From assembly GCF_000195855.1 (NCBI RefSeq), contig NC_002677.1, forward strand, positions 2,280,001 through 2,312,000: 32,000 nt of DNA. Reading direction: 5' to 3'. Shown here one piece after another: positions 13,144 through 23,406 of the stretch; positions within the stretch are counted from its first letter, which is position 1, and every line of letters begins with the position of its first letter. The notes under the pieces are model-generated. The model saw only the letters and a program-made list of their open reading frames with translations, was not told the origin of the DNA and made no database searches. Source of the stretch: Mycobacterium leprae TN (GTDB taxonomy: Bacteria; Actinomycetota; Actinomycetes; Mycobacteriales; Mycobacteriaceae). A program made the translations under genes and the position numbers.

Positions 13144-13644
13144 TTACGCGCTTCTGATGACCTGTCCGGATTCCTTGTCCCATTTTAGCTGACTGGAGTT
13201 GTCGCCTTGCTGGCCCATCAACGTGGTGTAGGCCTCCATCACCAACTCGCCATCATCACTGGTACAGCTGTTCTTGGTTACCACGATATCGGCACCAAAA
13301 CGTTCGCTCACCGAATGGATATCCATTCGAGCCCACAGCTTGTCCCCGACAAGTACCGGCTTGTGGAAGACAAAGCGTTGGTCGACCTGCACGATCTGCA
13401 TGGTCTCCATTCCTACATCGACATTACGGAAGAAATCCAACTGAACGTACTTAGCGAAGATCGTCACAAACGTCAGCGGAGCAACGATCGCATCGTAGCC
13501 GAGTTCAGCGGCCGCATCCTCGCTGAAGTAGGCGGGGTGATCGCACTTGATAGCTCGGGCGAACTCGCGACATTGCTCGCGGCCCACAATGAAGTAGTCT
13601 GAATACCGCCAGACCATCCCGCGGATATCGGTTTTCAGCGCCAC
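13144..13644 (-). CDS. hadC: (3R)-hydroxyacyl-ACP dehydratase subunit HadC
   Basis: 166 aa MALKTDIRGMVWRYSDYFIVGREQCREFARAIKCDHPAYF.. ; next to hadB/hadA in the expected order. Confidence 0.93.
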   Translation of the reverse strand: MALKTDIRGMVWRYSDYFIVGREQCREFARAIKCDHPAYFSEDAAAELGYDAIVAPLTFVTIFAKYVQLDFFRNVDVGMETMQIVQVDQRFVFHKPVLVGDKLWARMDIHSVSERFGADIVVTKNSCTSDDGELVMEAYTTLMGQQGDNSSQLKWDKESGQVIRSA

Positions 13645-13647
13645 AAG

Positions 13648-14076
13648 CTACGCCAGTTTCGCTGAAGCGATAGCCCGGCCGAAGATCTTCTTGCCACCGG
13701 TTGTGGCCGAGAGAGCGATGGTCACCGACTTGGTGTCCGGATCAACCGACTTCACCTTACCGCTGAACACCAGCACGGCACCTTGGCCGTCGTTGGGTAC
13801 CGGCACTACCGCAGTAAACCGCACGTTGTATTCGATGACCGCACCTGGGTCACCGACCCACGAGGTGACGTATCCGCCGCCAATACCCATCGTCAGCATT
13901 CCATGAGCGATCGCGGTGTCTAGCCCCACCACCTTGGCGATTTCGTCGTCCCAGTGTATCGGATTCAAGTCACCCGAAACCCCTGCGTAATTCACCAAAT
14001 CCTGGCGAGTAAGTGGATAGGTCTTTTCCGGCAGCAGGTCACCAACCTTGACTGAACTAAACTCACGCCGCGCCAT
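13648..14076 (-). CDS. hadB: (3R)-hydroxyacyl-ACP dehydratase subunit HadB (MaoC-like)
   Basis: MARREFSSVKVGDLLPEKTYPLTRQDLVNYAGVSGDLNPIHWDDEIAKVVGLDTAIAHGMLTMGIGGGYVTSW; start chosen at the internal Met at 14076. Confidence 0.94.
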   Translation of the reverse strand: MARREFSSVKVGDLLPEKTYPLTRQDLVNYAGVSGDLNPIHWDDEIAKVVGLDTAIAHGMLTMGIGGGYVTSWVGDPGAVIEYNVRFTAVVPVPNDGQGAVLVFSGKVKSVDPDTKSVTIALSATTGGKKIFGRAIASAKLA

Positions 14077-14542
14077 CAGAAAATCCCTCTTCTCCACCCT
14101 CACCTACACGACCCGCCAGGGTCGTGTAGGTCTCCTGGACGATGTCACCGACCTCATTGGTGACGACGTTCTTGGTCACGATTATCTGGGTGCCGTGCGC
14201 CTCACGCATCGAATCGACGTAGACGTCGCAATACAGCTTGTCGCCCGCCACAATCGGCTTGACGAATTTCAGCACTTGATCGATTTGTACGATCTGCTGG
14301 TCGGTTACCGCGATGTTTGCGTGCTTGAAAAACGCCGACTGCGCCTTGTAGCCGAATAAACAGATGAACGTCAAAGGCGCCAGCAGCCCCTTGTAGCCGA
14401 GTTCGGCTGCCGCGTCCTCCTCGAAGTATGAGGTATCCTCATTTTGCACGGCTACCGCGTACTCGCGAATCTTTTCGCGCTCTACTTCGTAGTGGTCAGG
14501 GTACCGGTAGTGCATCCCGACGATGTTTGTGGTCAACCCCAC
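14063..14542 (-). CDS. hadA: (3R)-hydroxyacyl-ACP dehydratase subunit HadA
   Basis: MGLTTNIVGMHYRYPDHYEVEREKIREYAVAVQNEDTSYFEEDAAAELGYKGLLAPLTF; GTG start; overlaps hadB by 14 bp. Confidence 0.94.
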   Translation of the reverse strand: MGLTTNIVGMHYRYPDHYEVEREKIREYAVAVQNEDTSYFEEDAAAELGYKGLLAPLTFICLFGYKAQSAFFKHANIAVTDQQIVQIDQVLKFVKPIVAGDKLYCDVYVDSMREAHGTQIIVTKNVVTNEVGDIVQETYTTLAGRVGEGGEEGFSDGAA

Positions 14543-14588
14543 GGCTGTAAAACCTACCTAGTCACTCTTGGTAACCACTTACGAGCGG

Positions 14589-14756
14589 CTACCGTGTCTC
14601 ACGATGGGACTGGTGCTTACCACAATTTCGGCAGAACTTCTTCAGCTCCATCCGGTCGGGGTCGTTACGCCGGTTCTTCTTGGTGATATAGTTACGGTGC
14701 TTGCACACCTCGCATGCCATTGTTATTTTCGGCCGCACATCGGTACTGGAAGCCAT
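14589..14756 (-). CDS. rpmG: 50S ribosomal protein L33, zinc-ribbon (Cys-containing) type
   Basis: Manually translated 55 aa, below the ORF-track cutoff: [55 protein letters not shown]. Two CxxC motifs. Confidence 0.95.
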   Translation of the reverse strand: MASSTDVRPKITMACEVCKHRNYITKKNRRNDPDRMELKKFCRNCGKHQSHRETR

Positions 14757-14802
14757 GACGGTTCTCTCTCAAGTCTGGTGTCAAACATGTCGTTTTGTGT
14801 TG

Positions 14803-14876
<74 letters not shown>

Positions 14877-14929
14877 TCTGGCCAACCTCATCCTCGGATT
14901 CAGGGCCGCCTACTATTCGGCGTCCGCCG

Positions 14930-15002
14930 AGCCCCCTAACGGAATCGAACCGTTGACCTTTTCCTTACCATGGAAACGCTCTACCGACTGAGCTAAGGGG
15001 GC
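14930..15002 (-). tRNA. tRNA-Thr (GGT)
   Basis: GCCCCCTTAGCTCAGTCGGTAGAGCGTTTCCATGGTAAGGAAAAGGTCAACGGTTCGATTCCGTTAGGGGGCT; loop ATGGTAA. Confidence 0.93.
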
Positions 15003-15155
15003 CGTTCCATCCGAAGCGACCAGTCGCGCCGTGGGCCTAACAGAGGATACAGCCTGGTGCACAACGGCACCAAACCACAAAGGTGCGGCGGCGGGTAGCT
15101 TAGAACAGTCAGTGAGGCGTTAACAGGATGAACAGGCAGTGGACTATGCCGAGGA

Positions 15156-15371
15156 TCACCCGGTGTCGCTGCTTCGGCGTGTACGCCACGCATCAGGGTT
15201 GCTGAACTCGTCATATTCTGGGTCCTGTTCTGAGAGGCCCCCGACACCGGGTTCGCCAAGGAGAGCCTTGAGCGCCAGATGGACGGCCTCTCGCCTGCCC
15301 AATAACCCGTACCGGCGTATGACCTCTTGGACTAGGTCGTCGTCAACCTCTATCTCGACCTTCTTCAGCAT
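15156..15371 (-). CDS. VapB-like type II antitoxin, no adjacent VapC
   Basis: MLKKVEIEVDDDLVQEVIRRYGLLGRREAVHLALKALLGEPGVGGLSEQDPEYDEFSNPDAWRTRRSSDTG resembles VapB ribbon-helix-helix antitoxins; the ORF track start at 15389 adds 6 aa. Confidence 0.75.
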   Translation of the reverse strand: MLKKVEIEVDDDLVQEVIRRYGLLGRREAVHLALKALLGEPGVGGLSEQDPEYDEFSNPDAWRTRRSSDTG

Positions 15372-15523
15372 GGGCCAACAATAAACCAATGCGCTCAGCC
15401 CGCAGCCCGCCTAATATCGGCAACACTTAATATACGCCACCAATCGGTAGCCTGCCGACAATTTATGCAATGGTGCTCTAGACAGTCTTGGACGAGTATT
15501 TAGACGAGACCTAGTCTAGTGAG

Positions 15524-16240
15524 GTGTCAGATTCGGACCGGCTGTACTTTCGGCAACTGCTCTCCGGACGCGATTTCGCCGTTGACGATGTTGTCGCAAC
15601 GCAGATGCGCAATTTTGCCTACCTGATCGGCGACCGCCAGACTGGGGACTGCGTCGTGGTCGACCCGGCGTACGCCGCTGGTGATCTGGTGGACGCACTC
15701 GAAGCGGACGGTATGCGGTTGTCTGGAGTGCTGGTGACTCACCATCACCCCGACCATGTGGGCGGGGTGATGATGGGCTTTCAGCTAAAGGGATTGACCG
15801 AGCTGCTCGAGCGAGTAACTGTGCCCGTGCACGTTAATACCCATGAGGCGCTATGGATTTCACGAGTCACAGGAATTGACATCGGTCATCTGACCACTCA
15901 TGAGCACCGCGACAAGCTCAGCGTTGGCGATATCGAAATTGAGCTGCTGCACACACCGGGTCATACGCCGGGCAGCCAGTGTTTTCTGCTCGATGGCCTG
16001 CTGGTCGCCGGAGACACGTTGTTTCTGGAGGGTTGCGGCCGTACCGACTTTCCGGGTGGCAATTCCGACGAGATGTACCGCAGCCTGCAGCAGCTCGCGC
16101 AACTTCCGGGTAACCCTACAGTGTTCCCAGGGCACTGGTATTCAACCGCTCCCAGTGCCACGCTATCGATGGTCAAGTGCTCCAACTACGTGTACCGTGC
16201 CGCGGATCTCAATCAGTGGCGAATGTTGATGGACAGCTGA
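15524..16240 (+). CDS. Metallo-beta-lactamase fold hydrolase, glyoxalase II-like (Rv0634c-like)
   Basis: VVDPAYAAGDLVDALEADGMRLSGVLVTHHHPDHVGG, LLHTPGHTPGSQCFLLDGLLVAGDTLFLEGCGRTDFPGG, VFPGHWYS; GTG start at 15524. Confidence 0.93.
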   Translation: MSDSDRLYFRQLLSGRDFAVDDVVATQMRNFAYLIGDRQTGDCVVVDPAYAAGDLVDALEADGMRLSGVLVTHHHPDHVGGVMMGFQLKGLTELLERVTVPVHVNTHEALWISRVTGIDIGHLTTHEHRDKLSVGDIEIELLHTPGHTPGSQCFLLDGLLVAGDTLFLEGCGRTDFPGGNSDEMYRSLQQLAQLPGNPTVFPGHWYSTAPSATLSMVKCSNYVYRAADLNQWRMLMDS

Positions 16241-16395
16241 GGAATTGCTGTGCAATGCACTGACCTACCAGAACTACGGACCACAAGGGAAATGCGTCCG
16301 ACATATTACGCGCCGGGATCGAGATCCAGCCCCTTACAGCAGCGTAACGTCAAATCTTATTCAATCGACGGGCTGTTCGTATCGAAGGAACACCT

Positions 16396-17120
16396 ATGAG
16401 CCACCCTGTTATTTCCCTTTATTTCCTTGTTATCTATAGCCATAAAGATTCCAGCGCGATCATCAAGATGGATAACAGCAAAGTCAACGCGCTAGGCCCG
16501 ACCATGCAACAAGCTCTCAACGAAGCGATCGACCAAGCCGACAAAAACAACGTTTGTGTACTAGTGATCACTGGGAACGACCGAGTTTCCAGTGGTGACT
16601 TCGACCTTAAAGGGCTGACGTCCGGACAGGATCAACGCGCGACCGACATGTTCAGCGGTGACTTCGATGCTAAGCCATACCGACTCTTGTCCTAGCCCAA
16701 GCCGGTAGTGATGGCCTGCATCGGCCACACGATCGCCATGAGACCTTTCCTGTTATCCGTTGGGCGACCACCGGGCGGCAGACCACACATACAACATTCA
16801 GGCCAACGAAGTCACTATCGGCATGTCCATCACCTAATCGGCACTAGCGCTCACAAAGCTACGACTAAAGCACCGTTACCGGAACAGCAAGCCGCTGTTC
16901 CGGCCAAGACGTTATTTGATGAAACTTCCATACCTAACGGGCAGAATTCATCGACAACGATCATACTTCCTGAGATGGCGCGATGTCCGCGCCGAAAAAG
17001 CGGAACAGGCATTCGCCGACCTCAACCAGCCGGCTCAACCTTGCAACCAAGTTACGCACCCACACCGACGCGCTCACAGCCATCCACGCCGGCATCGGCA
17101 AGATATAAGCCGAGTTCGGA
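16396..17120 (+). pseudogene. echA3: Decayed enoyl-CoA hydratase (echA3-like)
   Basis: MDNSKVNALGPTMQQALNEAIDQADKNNVCVLVITGNDRVSSGDFDLKGLTSG..., then stop at PYRLLS*, PKPVVMACIGHTIAMRPFLLS, ANEVTIGMSIT, AKTLFDETSI; lesions throughout. Confidence 0.88.
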
Positions 17121-20100
17121 TTGTAATTCAACGGCTTTATTCAAGGCTTACTGGGCAATCGCTTCCCACTCTCCTCCACTCGTAAGTGTGATACGTCGGC
17201 GTCGTAACGTCATTTTGTACCGATACCTTCAAAAATGAGCCAGTAGAGACCACCTATTGCTAAATTTTTTCTAGCGTTACGCCAAAACACATTGGTATAT
17301 AGGGAATTGACTGTCAAAGGTCAATACTATGCGATAGCCCGATGGATGTGACTTCTTTTTCAGGTTGAGATTGAAGTTGATGACGCGCATGACGCCGTCG
17401 CCGCACTGCTCATTGATCAGTTTTTTGACAACGCCGCCGTACACCTGGATCGCTTCGCATTACCGAAACCCCGATCCACCAAGGCGATCATGGTTCCCCC
17501 ACAATCGATCTGCCAGTACCCTCAAGGCTGGCAACTGCTCAACGAAAGCACCGACGAGCCATCGAGGCATCGTTTTGGCCCGTACTGCTGATCTCTCGGA
17601 TCCGCTCACCATCGTGGCGCTCGTCTCCAAACTCACCAGTGACGTCGACCAAACGAAGTTTCTTCAATACACCCCAGACGAGTTGCAGAACTTGCCTGGA
17701 TACCAGGACTCTGGAGACAGAAAGCGTCCAGGCTCGGCGCTTTTCAAGCGGGGCAGCTATAACTAGTTCATACATGAGAAAGATGGCAAGAAACAGGAAG
17801 TCACGCAGAAGACCGTGATGATACCCGGCTAAATAAGGTGCGGAGTTCGTGTTGCAACTCAATACCAACGCCCTAGACATCGATTCAGGACCGCTGATGG
17901 ACGATACCCGTCGACATCGACGAACAAACGGCCATCACCCCCCTGACTCTCGCAGCAAGACGTCAACCCCCCTACCGTCGTTCAGGCATCGGGACTGTCT
18001 ACGTCGAGTCAGACTAGACTGAACCTACATACGCATACAATCCAGAACAGCGCCCCAGTCCTGTCGAATCAGTTGAACACACACAGACGTGTACTGTGTT
18101 TTTACCTCTACACTCACCGTCATGGCACCAATCTGGGAGGTGCTAGCCTGGCCGCATTGATAAAACTAAGCCACGTTACTTCCGTTACCGTCACAATTTT
18201 TAACGGTCAGCCCGGCTCCGAATATTACAAGGCCACCGGCCGCAGCCAAATCGTCTTTCTGCCGTCGTCGCCAGGAATTAAAAACGGCTCTATGAAGCTG
18301 CCACCACATTACATTGCAAAAACAGACCCTGATGACCGTACTGTCGTCCCGACACGCCCATCTACAGCGAAATACCGTCATCGCCTCTGGCCCCGAATGG
18401 CTCTCGCTGATGGTCAACTTGGTCAGGCCAGCCCACAACACGGAAGCCGTGATAAAACTGTTCCAAGCAGGTGCTGAACCCCATCCAAAATTGGTTTACG
18501 AGTTACGGAGCGCTCGCGGCCGGCGTCGCCACCCCGCAACAAACTGACCAGGTTGCCCGGATACTGGCCGAAGTCGAATGTCATTTCATCATCACCGAGC
18601 ATAGTGGCCACACGGACGAACAGGACGACGCCCTGACGCGCATCGCCGAAGCCATGGCGGCTTCGGTTTTCGAGTTCATGTCTCGGGTCTACCAACAATT
18701 TCCGCGCTGCCATCCGCTCTACGGCGCGGGTCCCGTGAAGGCCGTTGTGGACGACGTCAACGCAATCCTTTTGACCGGAAGGCAATTCACCCTGACATCC
18801 GCCGGACCCCAGTAGCTACGACCGGGATGCGTCATCATTCAACCCACTGTGTCCACGGGAAACGTATTGGGACTCCCCGACCACGCAAGCGATTCCGGGA
18901 AACCTCTCCCACAACCTTTGCTGGCAGCCAGCCTGGCCCAGTTATCGACCCGGGCCGGGGTTACTAAAACCACTGCATAACGATCCTGTCATAGACAGAA
19001 CGTTCGCGACTAGTACATCGAAGATAACGACCAATCTGGTTCGCAGAAAACAATTTCATGCCTGCAGCCAAGTTGGGCTGTTAGCAGAACTTACACGGCA
19101 CACTGACCTACGATGCGATTTGCGTCGACGAGATCACCGCCCAAATGCCACAGATGATTTGGCTCCTCTTCGAGTGCAAGTCCATTCGACAATACCGCGG
19201 CTGGGTCAAAGCTCTCGGAACCAACTTGGGCACTGCGTTGGGCGTCGAACTTACCCACTTGCACCAACTTGTCTTGTCAATACTTGACAACAGTAACCTC
19301 CGGCACAACGTATCTGCTCTACGTGATAATCGACCTAATAGCTAGCCCTATCAGCCTCGAAAACCAATAAGAGAAGGCGATGCGTCGACTCCTTCCTGGA
19401 AATGCGGACCCAGCAGGTATCCTGGTGGTAGTGCTGGCCACTGTGCTACCAGTTCGTCGCCGACCCGACGTATACAACGCCGATTTCAATGGAGGAGGGA
19501 ACCCACAATCGTTGCGTCACAGTCAGTAACGATGCGATCGGAGCTCACGTCGAGATAAAAGCTACCCCTCCCGACGACCTTGTCGAAGACCTGACAGCAG
19601 ATCCGGTGATCAGGTTATTTGTCCGGAAATTCTTCACTGGCTACCGCCAAACCGATGTCAACGGAGCAGGAGACGCCGGCCTTGCATATTCTCTATTTGA
19701 CCCACATCCAAAAGCGCCAACATTCTGCTCCCTTGACTCAGTAACCCCGCACATTTCCTTCGCCAAGTTCTCACTAGGCCATCGCGATCGACCCCCAACT
19801 GCGACCACGACGCTACTCGGACTGACGTTCCAAACTCGGCTAACTTCGAGAATCGCGGTTATTTTAACGGCGTGCAACGACACCCCCGATTGGTCTTACG
19901 GTGTTGACATGACAGAACAGTTCGGATGCCATAGATGTCGGACACCCGCCGAGGGCGGGGTTATTGTGTGTCGTCAACCCGATCTTAGACGCTCTGCTGA
20001 GCACTCCGCTCGTGGGCCCCGCCAGCAAATAGTCGATGGTATGAAACTTCACTGGGCAAAAGACATCGCAGCAGTTCTCAATTCCGGCGAGCACCCACCT

Positions 20101-20711
20101 GATCGGCAACGGCCTCTATGCGTTGACCGGCATACTTTGGAAGCAGAACTTCCGTGGCGACACTGCCGCTAAGGTAGTCTATACTGGAAAGACAACCGCT
20201 ATTCGGGGCCAACTGCTCCGAGACCGTACGGTGGTCTCTGATCTTTACCTGCGGTACACCCAGAACTACGGTATCAAGCGCACAGCTGACGATGGGACTA
20301 AAATTCCGTGCACAGTACATCCGACTACTCGAAGAATTCAGCGAGGCAGTGGACCGGATGCAACTGGCGTCCATCCGGTTGACACCAGCGGGTAAGCGAT
20401 CCCCAGCGAGCCCGGTAGACGACGGGAGCGGTGAGACGTCAGTCAATTGGTCGCGCAGTCGTTCGACTAGTCGGACCAACCTTAGCCTGATACGACCCCT
20501 GCCCAGTAGATCCGATCACCTACTTGGCAGCGGCTGAACTCGTTGATAGTACCGTCGGGTCAGCGGCTCGAGTTGGTTAATCACCTCATATTTAGCGACC
20601 GGCCAGTGCAACCTCCGTTGTCCCGCCCGGCCAGTAACCAGTAACTTGTCCGTTTAGACTTCAAGGTGTCGTCGTGATGGTCATTTGGTGGTTATTTTTT
20701 GCTGGTTTGGT

Positions 20712-21241
20712 TTGGGTGGTGGTGTTGTGGTGGGGTGTGGGTGGTTGATCTGCGCTAGAAGGTTGCCGTATGTGCCGCCGACGGCCGGATCATCGATGCA
20801 CTGTTCACTAACACGATACTGCTGCACCCGGCGGCATGCCTGCTTGCTGGCTGAGGGCCGGTCAACAAGCCGCCGACACCGATACCAGCGGCAGAAATGG
20901 TGCAAGGGATAACATCAGGTGCGAATAGTTATACCGTGCACGGGGACGTGCCTGTTCAGGTGCGGCCACATTGACCACGCCGACACCTCAAGGCCATGAC
21001 ATGCACACTAAAACGCCCCTACCCCGCGGCGCTAACAACTATCCTCACACCCACGCCTGCATCGATATCGCCTTCAGCACAGCCCAGGTGCCCAGCCCCT
21101 GGCATCATCAACATGTAGACCAAGCAGCACCCACCACCGACATGCTTACGTGCGCCGCGCTAATCGTGTCCACTGCGGCAAAGCACACGAAGCCTCATCA
21201 AAAGCAGGCAGTCAGCCACCCACCAACAAAAACCCCGCAAC
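20712..21241 (+). repeat. RLEP-family dispersed repeat, copy 1
   Basis: About 530 bp nearly identical to the reverse complement of 29097-29634. Contains CACCGATACCAGCGGCAGAA (20877-20896) and CCTCAAGGCCATGACATGCA (20986-21005), which I recognise as the widely used M. leprae RLEP primer pair with its 129-bp amplicon. Confidence 0.95.
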
Positions 21242-21242
21242 C

Positions 21243-21810
21243 CTTGACCACTATAAAACCTGGTTCGATGAGTTCAGTAGGTAACTGTCCCGGGCCGGGA
21301 TTGAGGACTTCGTCGCATTTCGGGATGTGATTTTGGTTTGGTACATCGGCTAGTTCATCGACTACGACATGTTAATATTCGGCAGCGTCGGGACGGCAGA
21401 ATGAAAAGCTGTATAGGCGGCAACGACGCGGCGCGGGAACTGATTGTGTGCGACTACCACGCCAGCCTCGAGCCACAATCCAAAACAATTGACGCCACTC
21501 TAGACCTGTTATTCTCTTTCGGAGACCGAACTACTCGAACTCACCGCGCTGGTGAAAGTCTTAGGAATCCGACGACAGCAGAGGCACAGGACTCAGCGCT
21601 GAGTCCGTGTGTCTACCACGTGGTGGCCACTTACTCTCAAGTCTGCAGTTCGCCCACGTCGATCTCCTGACCCTGGCGTTTGGAACGCTGCAGGACCTAC
21701 TGACAGCCAGCTCTAAGACCTGCAATCGGTGAACGGCATAGGCGCGATGCGGGCCCGTTACATCCGAGAAGGGCTCTACACAACACAGCTGGCAGCAGAG
21801 GTAGACAATC
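21243..21810 (+). pseudogene. disA: 3' fragment of disA (diadenylate cyclase / DNA-integrity scanning protein)
   Basis: Starts at the RLEP edge: LDHYKTWFDEFSR*LSRAGIEDFVAFRDVILVW..., then NDAARELIVCDYHA, PTTAEAQDSALSP, LQFAHVDLLTLAFGTLQDLLTAS, NGIGAMRARYIREGL. No N-terminal catalytic portion seen. Confidence 0.85.
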
Positions 21811-21834
21811 GCGAACCCACTCGACTGAGCGTGG

Positions 21835-22650
21835 TTATCCGCCGGAAACGGGGACATTGGCCGGCGGAGCTTCAGGCGACGGCGCGAGCGCTGGCCCGCT
21901 AGATCCCGGCGGCGGTGGCGGCTGGTTGAGGATGAACGGGACCGGCATAGAATGCAGGTTACCCAGCTGTACGACGAGGTTGTAAGTACCCGGACCGATC
22001 GCTGGACGAGGTAGCGGACAGTGCGGCGACGACCCCATCCCGGTCCAGGTCACCGCAGTTGTTACCTGTTCGCCCGGCGTGAAGGTTTTAACCAGGGTTT
22101 CGTTGGACGGCGCGCAGTCCAGGTTGGACCATAGCCGCTTGTTGTCTAGTGAATAAACGTAGGCGGCCAGCACTGCGGCGCCAACGTCACGTTTACAGGA
22201 CACCAGCCCGATGTTAGTGACGACCATGGTGAATTTCGGCTGGTCGCCAAGGAAGTATTGGGGCACGTTGGTCAGACCTTTGACGGCCAGTGTCGAATCG
22301 GGGCAGTCATCGCCTTCTCTCAGCACCGGCGGCGGTTGCACCGCGGCGGTGGACGTGGAAGACTCCGGGTTGCGACCTTGCGGCGGTGCGGGTGCGAGGT
22401 TACCTTCGTGACCATTCGGGGGAAGCACCTTAGGCGTTGCCGAACCCGGGTGGTTCTGTGAGGATCCCGGTTTGTCAACATTGGCAGGTTGAGCAGCGGC
22501 ACCGTTGCCCACGACAGCAACGATCGCTGCGATCACGATCACGATCACTGTAATTCCCACAGCAAGTCCCCTGCGTCGCCAGTAGATCTCGGTAGGTAGT
22601 GGGCCACGCGGTTCCAGATCCAGCACAGTCCCACGGTAGGGCCAGGTCAC
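21835..22650 (-). CDS. Membrane protein of unknown function (Rv3587c-like)
   Basis: 271 aa, one TM helix (GLAVGITVIVIVIAAIVAVVGNG), Pro-rich linker, extracytoplasmic Cys-containing domain. Confidence 0.85.
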   Translation of the reverse strand: MTWPYRGTVLDLEPRGPLPTEIYWRRRGLAVGITVIVIVIAAIVAVVGNGAAAQPANVDKPGSSQNHPGSATPKVLPPNGHEGNLAPAPPQGRNPESSTSTAAVQPPPVLREGDDCPDSTLAVKGLTNVPQYFLGDQPKFTMVVTNIGLVSCKRDVGAAVLAAYVYSLDNKRLWSNLDCAPSNETLVKTFTPGEQVTTAVTWTGMGSSPHCPLPRPAIGPGTYNLVVQLGNLHSMPVPFILNQPPPPPGSSGPALAPSPEAPPANVPVSGG

Positions 22651-22764
22651 GTCGACGTGGTCGACCTGGCTCGGCGTGTCGCGCGGTTAGCCGCCAACTG
22701 TCTGTTTAGTGACGACCGCAAACTCAGCACAGGCGAGTGCAACGGTTCACCACTAATACGAACC

Positions 22765-23406
22765 CTAGGAGCAGTGTGAAAGTTGAACTTCCTCACCGAG
22801 GTTGCCGATGTGAGTGCGCAACACCGCCCGTCCGTCAGCGAGGTGATAGGTCACGCCGACGATCGCCAAGGTGCCCGCAGCTACCCGCTGCGCGATGGCC
22901 GTGGAACGGGCCATGGCCTGCGCCACCGTCTCATGAACGTGCCGTTCTTCAAACTCGTCGACACGAGTCAAACCGTCGCGGCGGCCCAGCAGGACCGACG
23001 GCGCTACCCGTTCCACCACATCCCGGACATAACCACTTGGCAAATTGCCCTCGTTGATGGCTGCCAAAGCAGCCGTTACGGCGCCGCAGCTGTCATGCCC
23101 AAGGACCACGACAAGTGGCACGTCGAGCACTGTTACCGCGTATTCGATGGAGCCGAGCACCGCCGAGTCGATGACATGACCGACGGTGCGCACCACGAAC
23201 ATGTCGCCCAGGCCCTGGTCAAAGACGAGCTCGGCGGCAACTCGACTGTCCGCGCAGCCGAATATCACCGCGAGGGGTTTCTGAGTATCGGCCAGGCTGG
23301 CCCGATGCTCGACGCTCTGGCTGGGATGTGCCGGTTGGCCGGCGACAAATCGCTCGTTACCCTCTTTGAGTGCTTTCCAAGCTGCTATGGGGTTGGTGTT
23401 AAACAT
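22765..23406 (-). CDS. canB: Beta-class carbonic anhydrase (Rv3588c-like)
   Basis: MFNTNPIAAWKALKEGNERFVAG, VIFGCADSRVAAELVFDQGLGDMFVVRTVGHVID, VVLGHDSCGAVTAAL. Confidence 0.95.
   Translation of the reverse strand: MFNTNPIAAWKALKEGNERFVAGQPAHPSQSVEHRASLADTQKPLAVIFGCADSRVAAELVFDQGLGDMFVVRTVGHVIDSAVLGSIEYAVTVLDVPLVVVLGHDSCGAVTAALAAINEGNLPSGYVRDVVERVAPSVLLGRRDGLTRVDEFEERHVHETVAQAMARSTAIAQRVAAGTLAIVGVTYHLADGRAVLRTHIGNLGEEVQLSHCS

Noticed and set aside
20971-21330. 119-aa ORF in RLEP copy 1 (and 29029-29367 in copy 2)
   Set aside because: The translation merely follows repeat identity and reads into different flanks in each copy; RLEP has no convincing coding signature such as a transposase, and the ORFs look spurious.
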